A stretch of DNA of 64,000 bases from Pecten maximus (Eukaryota): assembly GCF_902652985.1 (NCBI RefSeq), contig NC_047028.1, positions 17,422,001 through 17,486,000 of the forward strand, given 5' to 3'. Below the pieces are notes generated by a model. The model was given only the letters and a program-made list of their open reading frames with translations. It had not been told where the DNA came from and searched no databases. The position numbers were made by a program, and so were the translations under genes. Shown here piece by piece: positions 54,343-64,000 of this stretch (position 1 is the first letter of the stretch; each line of letters begins with the position of its first letter).

Positions 54343-55190
54343 GCCACGACACAAAACTGACCACGACACAAAACTGACCACACACAAACCTGACCACACC
54401 ACAAACCTGACCACACCACAAACCTGACCACACCACAAACCTAACCACATCACAAACCTGATTACATCACAAACCTGACCACATCACAAACCTGACCACA
54501 CCACAAACCTGACCACACCACAAACCTGACCACACCACAAACCTGACCACACCACAAACTTGACCACACCACAACCTGCATGACCACACCACAAACCTGA
54601 CCACATCACAAACCTGACCACATCACAAACCTGACCACACCACAAACCTGACCACACCACAAACCTGACCACATCACAAACCTGACCACATCACAAACCT
54701 ACCACACCACAAACTTGACCACATCACAAACCTGACCATGAGACAAACCTGACCACATCACAAACCTGACCACATCACAAACCTACCACACCACAAACCT
54801 GACCACATCACAAACCTGACCATGAGACAAACCTGACACACCACAAACCTGACCACACCACAAACCTGACCACACCACAAACCTGACCATATCACAAATC
54901 TGACCACACCACAAACCTGACCATATCACAAATCTGACCACACCACAAACCTGACCATATCACAAATCTGACCACACCACAAACCTGACCATATCACAAA
55001 TCTGACCACATCACAAACCTGACCACACCACAAACCTGGCCACACCAAAAACCTGACCACATAACAAACTTGACTACACCACAAACCTGGCCACACCAAA
55101 AAAACCTGACCACATAACAAACTTGACGACACCACAAACCTGACCACATCACAAACCTGACATAACTACAAACCTGACCACATCACAAAT
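54343..55190. repeat. 17-bp minisatellite, ~50 copies
   Basis: Unit AAACCTGACCACACCAC. Confidence 0.96.
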
Positions 55191-55588
55191 CAGAATTTGT
55201 TTTGTTTGTCCCAGTGACAGCTAAGCCTATGTAAAAATGGTGTCCTCAGATGATGGGCCATTCAAGGCTATAGTGCTATCCCACTGACATGTCATTAGTT
55301 TGATATTGTCAGCATTACAACCCCACCTGGTCACAGCTGAACATCAAGGAGAAATCAGCCAGTACTGTGTACTGATACCACAGGTCTTGGTGTACTATGT
55401 TAATAAATGAAGTAATGCCATGAGGCTTAATGGCATAAAAAATAGTTAGAGATAAATATAAAAAATACAGATGTTACAAGTGGATACAACTTCTTTATTT
55501 AAATCTTTTCTCTGACTGAAATAGAGGGCACAATTATGTTTCAAATATCACCAATGTCTGATTTTCACTCCAATGTTTCTGATTTCAG

Positions 55589-55711
55589 CAACGCCCAAAG
55601 ACAGTTGCTCCTGTTGATTATGAAAACTATGTGACGAAGAACAAATCCATTCTCCACAATGATCCACAGAGAGAAATGCTTACATTCCCCCATGACGATG
55701 TTGTCATTCCA
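55589..55711 (+). CDS. DOCK9: DOCK-D exon 2
   Basis: tttcag|...|gtaagt. QRPKTVAPVDYENYVTKNKSILHNDPQREMLTFPHDDVVIP matches the DOCK-C/D N-terminal P.DYE...DP.R..L.FP.DD motif. Confidence 0.95.
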
Positions 55712-55912
55712 GTAAGTCTTTTTAATATAACTTTACAATATATATTTATGAAAGGATTATATTATAAGGTGAGATAAATACAATCATAAAAGTTTGTTTT
55801 CAAAAGTTTTCAAAACATTCATATTACATGATTTAAGGTAAAGTTTATCAAGTTCAAACTGAGGCTAAGAAAAGGATGATTACTTATTGAAGAAATACTG
55901 TTTTTCTTGCAG

Positions 55913-56085
55913 CCTCCCACCCCTGCCAAAAGGATGCGAACAGTCCAGAGTTCGGTGCCAGTGTCTGCCTCACAGGAAGCCACCAGCCTGTTGGTCTGTG
56001 AGGCTATTAAGTCCTACACGGACAGCTGTCACATGGTCAAATACAAATACAGCAAGTACTCTGGCTCCTACCAACAGTTACCATG
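55913..56085 (+). CDS. DOCK9: DOCK-D exon 3
   Basis: ttgcag|PPTPAKRMRTVQSSVP...LLVCEAIKSYTDSCHMVKYKYSKYSGSYQQLP+TG|gtaagt (phase 2). Confidence 0.95.
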
Positions 56086-56800
56086 GTAAGTAATGTTACC
56101 TAGCAACAGTTACCGTGGTAAGTAAGGTTACCTATCATCAGTTACCATGGTAAGTAATGTTACCTAGCAACAGTTACCGTGGTAAGTAAGGTTACCTATC
56201 ATCAGTTACCATGGTAAGTAACGCTACCTAGCAACAGTTACCATGGTAAGTAAGGTTACCTACCAACTGTTTCCATGGTAAGTAACGCTACCTAGCAACA
56301 GTTACCATGGTAATTAAGGCTACCTAGCAACAGTTACCATGGTAAGTAATGCTACCTATCAACATTTACCTTGGTTAATGTTACCTAGCAACATTTACCA
56401 TGTTAAGTAAGATTACCTAGTAGCAGTTATAATGGTAAGTAAAGTTAAATAGCAACAGTTTCCATGGTAAGTAAGGTTACCTATCAACAGTTACCATGGT
56501 AAGTAAGGTTACCTATCAACAGTTTCCATGGTAAGTCAGGTCACCTAGCAAACTTACCATCATGGTAATTAAGAAGACCTAACAACAATAACCATGGTAA
56601 GTTAGGTTAACATAGCAACAGTTACTATGGTAATCTAGGTCACATAGCAACAGTTACTATGGTAATCTAGGTCACATAGCAACAGTTACTATGGTAATCT
56701 AGGTCACATAGCAACAGTTTCCATGAAAAGTAAGACCATCTATCAACGGTTATCATGGATAGCAATGTCATATAGCAATAGTTATCATGGTAGGTCACCT
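56072..56800. repeat. 32-bp minisatellite beginning inside DOCK exon 3 and copying its donor site
   Basis: Unit CAACAGTTACCATG|GTAAGTAAGGTTACCTAG. Confidence 0.95.
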
Positions 56801-57192
56801 AAAAAGCTACATAGTAACAGTTGACATTATAAAGCAATCCAGCTGTGCTTTCCTTGGTAAGGTATGGTAACTAAATAACAATAAGTTATCAAGTGAAGCA
56901 CCTAGCAACAGCAATTGAGGTTTGTTAGGCCGTCTAACATTTAACCATAATAACTTGGGCCACCTAGTTACAGTAAGTAGTAAGTGGTCTCCCTTAACTT
57001 AATATTTACCACAGTAAATGGTACTCTGTCAATATCAAGTATATAACCTAGTATCAGATACATAACGTTTCATCTGCTTCAGACTAAAAAATTGAAACAA
57101 CAAAATAGTTGTCAAATATATATGATAACAGAGATGTATTTAACAAATACATACAAGCCGTTATAACAATGGTGTATTGTATTATTTTTCAG

Positions 57193-57262
57193 TGTGAAGA
57201 AACCAGATCCATTACCTAAACATGTGTTTGAAATAGATGCGGAGGAAGAAGAAAAGGAAGAT
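57193..57262 (+). CDS. DOCK9: DOCK-D exon 4
   Basis: tttcag|T completes Cys, then VKKPDPLPKHVFEIDAEEEEKED|gtatgt. Contains the conserved HVFEID motif. Confidence 0.95.
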
Positions 57263-57673
57263 GTATGTGTTTTGTCATTTTATAATCTCTATGATGAAAT
57301 ATTCTTAAATCAATGTTTGGACAGATACATGGACAATTTACTGCTGAGGATATTTTTGTCAGAGGGTGAATTCTTTTTGGGCAAAATATCAGTGTGAAGC
57401 TGTATGTATTTATCCATGATAGATAAAGCAGAAAATATTGGGATCCAGTTAATTGTGTTGGAACTTGTTCAAATTTTTATGATTTTAAGGTTATTTCATA
57501 GTTTCAGGATTTATTAAAGTAATTTCATAGTCTCATGTTGTTTTGAATTATAAAACATTGCCTTAGATTTCCTGATGTTATTTCTTCAAAATCTATTTCC
57601 ATAGAAAATGAACCACAGATGTGTTTAATGTTTTATTGATATGATAAATGCCTTGTATTTGATCGTATTCCAG

Positions 57674-57775
57674 GACATGTCTAATCGAAGCTCCATGGCA
57701 ACTACGATTGCCAAGGAAGGATGGTTATTCAAGGGGCCAGATGGAGGAAAAGAGAACATCATCAGCTTCACAAGG
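57674..57775 (+). CDS. DOCK9: DOCK-D exon 5 (start of PH domain)
   Basis: ttccag|DMSNRSSMATTIAKEGWLFKGPDGGKENIISFTR|gtaatt. Confidence 0.95.
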
Positions 57776-57997
57776 GTAATTATTTAGAGTTATCTGCCCT
57801 TGACTGTTAAGTGCCAGACAGACCAAACATCCTTTCTACTTGTAAGGATTTTTATTTTGTATTAATTGTACTATTATTTCTTTTGATATGAATAAAATAC
57901 TTGTATTTTGAAGTACATTGCTGTATTTTGATTGAAAATACTTTAGAATGAAAATTGACTGTTATTGCAAATGAAATGATGGTTTTTTGATTTTCAG

Positions 57998-58129
57998 CAA
58001 TTTAAACGACGTTTCTTTGCCCTCAAACAAGAATCAGATTTTTCCTATGTGATGAACATCTACAAAGATGACCGCAAGCTGGACACTAAGGGAGCCATAT
58101 TTCTGGACCTAGCAACAGAGGCATGCAAG
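57998..58129 (+). CDS. DOCK9: DOCK-D exon 6 (PH domain), followed by a GC-AG intron
   Basis: tttcag|QFKRRFFALKQESDFSYVMNIYKDDRKLDTKGAIFLDLATEACK|gcaagt. Confidence 0.92.
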
Positions 58130-58340
58130 GCAAGTACCTGTCTGGAAGCAGAAGTTACTGTGTTTATCTTGTAATATACATTTGTTTTCCCAATGTACGA
58201 TGGCTTCCATGGCCTCTGAATGGTTAAGCATTAGCAGGTGGTTTATGTAATGAATTCAACACTGACCTTCTGAATGCAACCTTAACCTTACAGAAATGTC
58301 TGTACTGTAATTTCTAAATGTTGTTTGTTTTGCTGTTTAG

Positions 58341-58506
58341 AACCCCAAGAAGGGCAAGTACTGTTTCGAGTTGAAGATGCAGGAGAAAGCTTCCTACTCA
58401 TTCGCAGCTGAAAATGACACTGAATGTAATGCATGGATACAGACCCTCAACAAGGTCATCAATGCTGCAGAGACAGCCTCCAATATATCCATGGACAGAA
58501 TCAAAG
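58341..58506 (+). CDS. DOCK9: DOCK-D exon 7 (end of PH domain)
   Basis: gtttag|NPKKGKYCFELKMQEKASYSFAAENDTECNAWIQTLNKVINAAETASNISMDRIK+G|gtcagt (phase 1). Confidence 0.95.
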
Positions 58507-59112
58507 GTCAGTAGGTCAAAGGTTACAGAATCAATCATAGGAACAATCATTAGGTCAAAGATTACAGAATCAATCATTTGAGCACCCAGTAGGACAGAGG
58601 TTACAGAATCAATCATTGGAACAGTCAGAAGGTCAAAGGTTACAGAATAAATCATTGGAGCACCCAGTAGGACAGAGGTTACAGAATCAATCATTGGAAC
58701 AGTCAGAAGGTCAAAGGTTACAGAATAAATCATTGGAGCACCCAGTAGGACAGAGGTTACAGAATCAATCATTGGAACAGTCAGTAGGTCAAAGGTTACA
58801 GAATAAATCATTTGAACAATCAGTAGGTCAAAGGTTACAGATTATTAGGACGGATCTAAAGTCAGCTGGTGAAAAGATAGAGAACATATCCCCTTGGACA
58901 TGGTCAGTACTTTAAAGGTGAAGGAGCCAATCATCAGAATAGAGGTCAGTTTGTCTAGGGGACTTGTTTCCTTGGATAAGACAAAGGTCAGAAGGTCAGT
59001 TGTTACAGAATAAATGATTGGAGAGTACCATAGGTGAAAGGTCATTTGCTCAACACTTATAGAATATCTATCAGAACAGGATCTAATGTCATAAGGTCAA
59101 AGGTTACAGAAT
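58496..59112. repeat. 39-bp minisatellite (78-bp dimer) beginning at the DOCK exon 7 donor
   Basis: Unit ACAGAATCAATCATTGGAACAGTCAGTAGGTCAAAGGTT, degenerate after ~58845. Confidence 0.9.
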
Positions 59113-59382
59113 GTTTCCATCAGAAGGACCAATTGTTGCTGTACTCTATTGTTAAAGCTATTCAACCTTCAAAGGTCACATGAACAGGGATATACATTGT
59201 GGTCTCAGTATCCAAGGATATTTGATTGGAGGAAATTGTCCTGTTATGGAGATGAATCTGCACATTTCACATTCATTGAAAATTAGTATCAATTTAACAT
59301 CATTTAACAGTTTAAAAATATGTAAAATTTCAGTGACCTTGTCAAGCCATCATATTTTATTTGATTGTTTTGTGTGTTACAG

Positions 59383-59450
59383 AGGAAACAAGTACGCCAG
59401 AGAAGTCCAGTGATAAGATAGAGCATAGCATGCATCCAGAACTACAGAAG
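59383..59450 (+). CDS. DOCK9: DOCK-D exon 8
   Basis: ttacag|(E)ETSTPEKSSDKIEHSMHPELQK|gtagga. SMHPEL.K matches DOCK11. Confidence 0.93.
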
Positions 59451-59606
59451 GTAGGAGGTTTAGTAAAGTTTACGTTAGAGATAGGATGGGGGAGATAGGA
59501 TGGGGAAGGAGATTTGAGTAGGGAAGCAGAAAGTGGAATAGTACAAGAGATTAGGGCAGAGAAGGAAGTAGTAATGGGAAGTGGATTATGGTGGGAGGGG
59601 TTAAGC

Positions 59607-59982
59607 AGAATGGGGGTGGGGGCAGGAGGTACGAGGTGGTATGGATACAGAATGGGGGTGGGGGCAGGAGGTACGAGGTGGTATGGATACAGAATGGGGG
59701 TGGGGCAGGAGGTACGAGGTGGTATGGATACAGAATGGGGGTAGGGGCAGGAGGTACGAGGTGGTATTGATACAGAATGGGGGTGGGGGCAGGAGGTACG
59801 AGGTGGTGTGGATACAGAATGGGGGTAGGGGCAGGAGGTACGAGGTGGTATGGATACAGAATGGGGGTAGGGGCAGGAGGTATGAGGTGGTATGGATACA
59901 GAATGGGGGTAGGGGCAGGAGTTACGAGGTGGTGTGGATACAGAATGGGGGTAGGGGCAGGAGGTAAGAGGTGGTGTGGATA
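59607..59982. repeat. 42-bp G-rich minisatellite, ~9 copies
   Basis: Unit CAGAATGGGGGTAGGGGCAGGAGGTACGAGGTGGTATGGATA. Confidence 0.95.
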
Positions 59983-60361
59983 CTGTATAGTTGTTTAATT
60001 TCGCGGGGTGAAAATTTCGCGTTTTTCTGTTCAGGACTATTTCGCGGGGAGAAAATTTCGTGTATTTTCAATTTCTTACAAACATGAATTATATAGGGAA
60101 ATAGTAGAAATTATACTTACGATGTACACATTTTATGTGACTCTAATATGATATCGTGAAACAGTAGAAACTACATGTATACTTACGATGTACATGTTCT
60201 GCTTAACAATATGCTTTAAATAAAGATTGTTTATTATTCATTGTCATAGTGGTCACTCATCACAAGGTGAAAAATATTCACGGGTATTTAATTTCACGGA
60301 CATTACCTTGACCGCGAATATAGCGAAATTAAATCCCCCGTGAATAAAAGCAACTATACAG
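59983..60361. mobile_element. Tc1/mariner-type MITE inserted into a minisatellite unit
   Basis: TA|CTGTATAGTTG...CAACTATACAG|TA with subterminal AATTTCGCG repeats. Confidence 0.88.
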
Positions 60362-60927
60362 TACAGAGGAGGACCAGGGCAAGTGGTCGGAGGAGGAATG
60401 GGTGGAGGAGGGGGTGGGACAGGAGGTAGGAGGTGGTATGAGAGGAGAAGGAGGGGGTATGGGTGGAGGAGGGGATGGGGATGGGGATGGGGGTGGTAGA
60501 TTAGGGAAGGATAGAAGATGTAGGATTCAGTGGGTGGGGAAGGGTGATAAGACAGGATTTGGGCAGGAAATATTTACCATCATAATGAAGAGAATGGTTT
60601 GAGAAAAAGAATATCAAACTTGTTTCCATTTTTCATCCGACTTTTATAATAACCACCCCTCAAATTCCTATGTATAAAACAAAAATATTCTCTGTGATCT
60701 TTTCTTCTATTTCTATTTATTTTTTTACCCTTACTGCATAAACAGATGTGGCATTTTAGTGAGATTGCCCTTTAAAAATGAATGATGTCATCATATGACT
60801 TGTGTGTGTGAAAACACTAAAAACTGTGAGGTACATTTGAGAACTGTATGGTTATATATTTTTCATTAAAACTTTGACGTGATTAGGTATATTTGAGAAC
60901 TGTATGGTTATATATTTTTCATTACAG

Positions 60928-61011
60928 TATAACCGTGAGACTGATTCAACTCTCGCCAAATCCAGACAGGATGGGAGACAGAATCTCTTCAGGGTTTACC
61001 CTCATATGAAC
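60928..61011 (+). CDS. DOCK9: DOCK-D exon 9
   Basis: ttacag|YNRETDSTLAKSRQDGRQNLFRVYPHMN|gtaagg. Confidence 0.93.
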
Positions 61012-61508
61012 GTAAGGGGGACTAAGTCATGTATGAAGGAGATACTTAGATAATTTGTAAATTGTTATTAGAGATCCAGGGTTCATTCTTTAAACCAATC
61101 ATCATTAAAACTAGACACAGTTCAGTAAGTGGATATATGAAAGATTTTGGGATCAAAATTCCAAGGTTTGTAGACACCGGATTATTTTTTTAACTTCCAA
61201 GATGAATAATATGAAAATAAATCAATAAGTTATAATGATAAATCACAATGTTTCACTCACAATCGATTGAAGACTACTTTCCTTTAGGTTAAAAACTTAT
61301 GTTACTATAGTAATCTGTAGTCCCAGGTTATATGTCCTAGTGAAGCCACATAGAAACAGGGTCCTTAGTTGCATTAGTGTTACCGTAGTAAACATTAGTG
61401 TATGTTTTAGTCTGTCAATTCTCCCCATTGATCCCTAAGGTTTTTGATGATCTCAGTTACTTAGACAGAAGAAGTTTGACCGTAGGTAATTATAACTTGC
61501 GATTGCAG

Positions 61509-61670
61509 AGGTGTGTGATGGATGATGAGGATGAAGAAGAAGACGGCGATGAGATCGCTGTTTATCCTCCACAATACCGCGAGCGATTCATGCTGCGGTT
61601 ACTGGATTTCAAACTCAAACTCCAATTTAACCTTGGAGATGAGTTGAAGTGTGGAAACAAATTGGTTAAT
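61509..61670 (+). CDS. DOCK9: DOCK-D exon 10
   Basis: ttgcag|RCVMDDEDEEEDGDEIAVYPPQYRERFMLRLLDFKLKLQFNLGDELKCGNKLVN|gtaagt. Confidence 0.9.
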
Positions 61671-62288
61671 GTAAGTATTTCTACTAGTACTTAAAAATCA
61701 TATGGTCATGTTTAGGGATGACTTCTTAACCTCAAAGGCATACAAATGTATCATCTTAAGATTTATGTCAGTATTAAAGAACAATAAAAAGTTTCTTAGA
61801 GCAAATAATGATGATGATGCTAAAGTTAGAGACATCAAAAACTAAAACTGACCTGCTGAACCCATCGTAGCACGGGATCTTATTGTATACAAGTTAGCTA
61901 TTTTCCCTTTTATGTCCCTGCTACTGTTGTGAAAGAGATTTAAAGTTTTCTGTCCATCCTGTCGGTCCGTACCTGATGTCTGTTTTGTCTGGTTAGATTT
62001 TGGACTTGACTCCATTTCTTTTAATAATGCTTGTCACATCAATATCAAATTGTTACGCAGGTTTTAATTTGAGAATATAATGGCCCATGGCCATTGTTTA
62101 TATTTATCTGAATTTTGGTTTGTGGCTTGTAAGGACATGCTACATTTCAAGTTTACATGTCACTGTGTTACTGACAGAGCTATGGTCTTGTTGGAGACAC
62201 ATATTAAATATGCTTCTTTTCATTAGTATTTTTCAGAATTATTTTTAAATTTGATATTCTATTATTTTCAAAAATTTGTACATTTCAG

Positions 62289-62507
62289 CCTGAGCCGTTC
62301 TTTTTGACGTTCTGTCTTTATGATGCTAAAGAGGGAAGGAAGATATCCGAGGATTTCCACATGGACCCTAACGACCCCCAGATCAAAGACATGATTCCCT
62401 CAGATGTTCTCCATGCCTCCGATCGACTACATACAGTGGAGGGCAAGACCTCCTCTCCAGACCTCAGGGGACTGGATGAAAAGTGGATCCTAGCTCAGAA
62501 CAGACAG
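62289..62507 (+). CDS. DOCK9: DOCK-D exon 11
   Basis: tttcag|PEPFFLTFCLYDAKEGRKISEDFHMD...WILAQNRQ|gtatag. Contains the EPFF..L.L.D....KIS.DFH.D motif. Confidence 0.95.
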
Positions 62508-62538
62508 GTATAGGGCTAAAAGGCTGGGGAAGGGGAGG

Positions 62539-62662
62539 GTTTTGAACCGCTCTGATAAGTATTACAAGGGTTAAAATGGATACACTGGGAATGGAGTGGA
62601 AAGTTTTGAACCGCTCTGATAAGTATTACAAGGGTTAAAATGGAAACACTGGGAATGGAGGG
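62539..62662. repeat. 64-bp tandem duplication just after DOCK exon 11
   Basis: GTTTTGAACCGCTCTGATAAGTATTACAAGGGTTAAAATGGA.ACACTGGGAATGGAG twice. Confidence 0.9.
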
Positions 62663-62779
62663 GAAGTTTGTGGCCATTCTTTGGAGGATTAGATGGAGTC
62701 AACACAGAAATATTAGGCTGAAGGAAGTTTGTAGTAATTATTTGGAATGCAGGTTTTCTTTGTCATAAATTTGATATTA

Positions 62780-62893
62780 TGATGTAATACAGGGTGTGTT
62801 TTCTGTGTCGTTTACCTGATGTTTTATTGTATTACAGGGTGTGTTTTCTGAGACGTTTATCCGATGTTTTATTTCATTACAGGGTGTGTTTTC
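62780..62893 (+). repeat. 45-bp triplication of the DOCK exon 12 acceptor
   Basis: TACAG|GGTGTGTTTTC with the AG ending at 62792, 62837 and 62882. Confidence 0.92.
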
Positions 62894-63088
62894 CGTAATA
62901 TGCTGCCACTCTGAGGTTTACCTGTTTGTAAGGATAGAAAAGGTCTTACAGGGTCCACTCTCCCAGGCCACAGACACGTACCTCAAGGTCGGTGAGGCTG
63001 GGCGTACAGCCGCAAAACAGTATAAACAAATGAAACAGCTGTGCAATAACATTGGTCATTACAGAATGCCATTTGGTTGGGCGGCAAG
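62883..63088 (+). CDS. DOCK9: DOCK-D exon 12
   Basis: ttacag|GVFSVICCHSEVYLFVRIEKVLQG...IGHYRMPFGWAA+AG|gtaggc. Contains the RIEKVLQG and YRMPF.WAAR motifs. Confidence 0.95.
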
Positions 63089-63325
63089 GTAGGCATTTAA
63101 CTCTACCTGAATATACCTAAACTATAACTATAATAACATTTGAAAAAATATTAAAATTGTAAAATATTTTTAGCATTTAATATTTTGTTTTAGGGTTTAA
63201 ATGCAATCGGAAAGTGAAGGATATAATAGAAATCAGTCTGGAAATGTTAAATTAATTCATGAATTAAAATCGCACTGCAACAATAGATATGGTTTTGCTA
63301 TTATCATGTGATGCTTCATTTTCAG

Positions 63326-63433
63326 ACAACTTGTGTCATCTAATTATGGTCCGTCTGAACTCAAGATCTACAGACATGAGGGGTCGAAACTATCCGAGGA
63401 AGATATCATCAAACATCTACAAGATCTCAGAAA
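63326..63433 (+). CDS. DOCK9: DOCK-D exon 13; gene continues beyond the window
   Basis: tttcag|(R)QLVSSNYGPSELKIYRHEGSKLSEEDIIKHLQDLR+AA|gtagga. Resembles DOCK11 YKQDSSKLSSEDILKLL. Confidence 0.9.
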
Positions 63434-64000
63434 GTAGGAAATACAACCAAAATTCTGCCATAGGAAGCTTCACAATTACTGTTATATAAAATCTTATATA
63501 TCATGTCATCATATCAATTAACGTTACAGACTTATTAGAAAGTTAGCCATAAACTAACAATTATAAATGGCACCTGGTCGACGAATAGGTAGGATTAATA
63601 TAAATATGAAGTAGAGGGGGATAAATCATAGTCTAGTGCAGGGTAGTCAAAGAATAGCGGTTCAAGTTCAATATCTAAGATTAATTTACAAAGAATATTA
63701 TAAGGAAGTGGTTTGAGCCAAGAGGACAGTTAAAAGGGTACAGAGTATTTTAGTAAAAATATGGGTTCAAGTACTAAAGCCATTACTTGTTTAATCATTA
63801 TTTAGTGTGATACTTTCTGTGCCAAATGACATATATGTTAAAATCATGTGTATTTTCATTATTATACAATTATTTTTCTATGTAAATTATCATAAAAACA
63901 TATATCTTACAATTCTTAATGACCCACAGTATGAAATCTCCCTCACTTTTTGTTCCATGTTAAAGTTTTTTTGTTTTTTTTTAAAATATTTTTACTAAAT

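Noticed and set aside
58398-58915. ORFs through the 39-bp array (possible exon 7 extension)
   Set aside because: Read-through from exon 7 hits TAG immediately (AAA GGT CAG TAG). The open frames result from a unit length divisible by 3.

Overview
AT-rich, intron-rich animal genomic DNA. The V-/CORE-type SINEs and Helentron-like non-autonomous elements suggest a mollusc, probably a bivalve (inference). Two genes lie head-to-head about 7.3 kb apart. On the - strand is the first coding exon of a type II diacylglycerol kinase (DGK delta/eta-like, 14494-14643); its exon 2 lies outside the window. On the + strand is a DOCK-D/Zizimin Cdc42 GEF (DOCK9/10/11-like): exon 1 at 21900-21998, a 33.6-kb first intron, then 12 more exons (55589-63433) that splice in frame and include one GC-AG intron. 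The gene continues beyond the window. The intergenic region holds an intact tRNA-Thr(AGT), a foldback-type MITE and a hairpin element. The rest is SINEs, MITEs and many minisatellites; nearly all ORFs in the supplied track are spurious. The most unusual pattern is that several tandem repeats are built from exon boundaries themselves (a start codon, splice donors, splice acceptors). One is a 2-kb array that copies the start of a candidate alternative DGK first exon into about 39 chained AUGA stop/start uORFs. No prokaryotic-type systems (CRISPR etc.) are present. Homology calls come from my recall of protein families, not from database searches.
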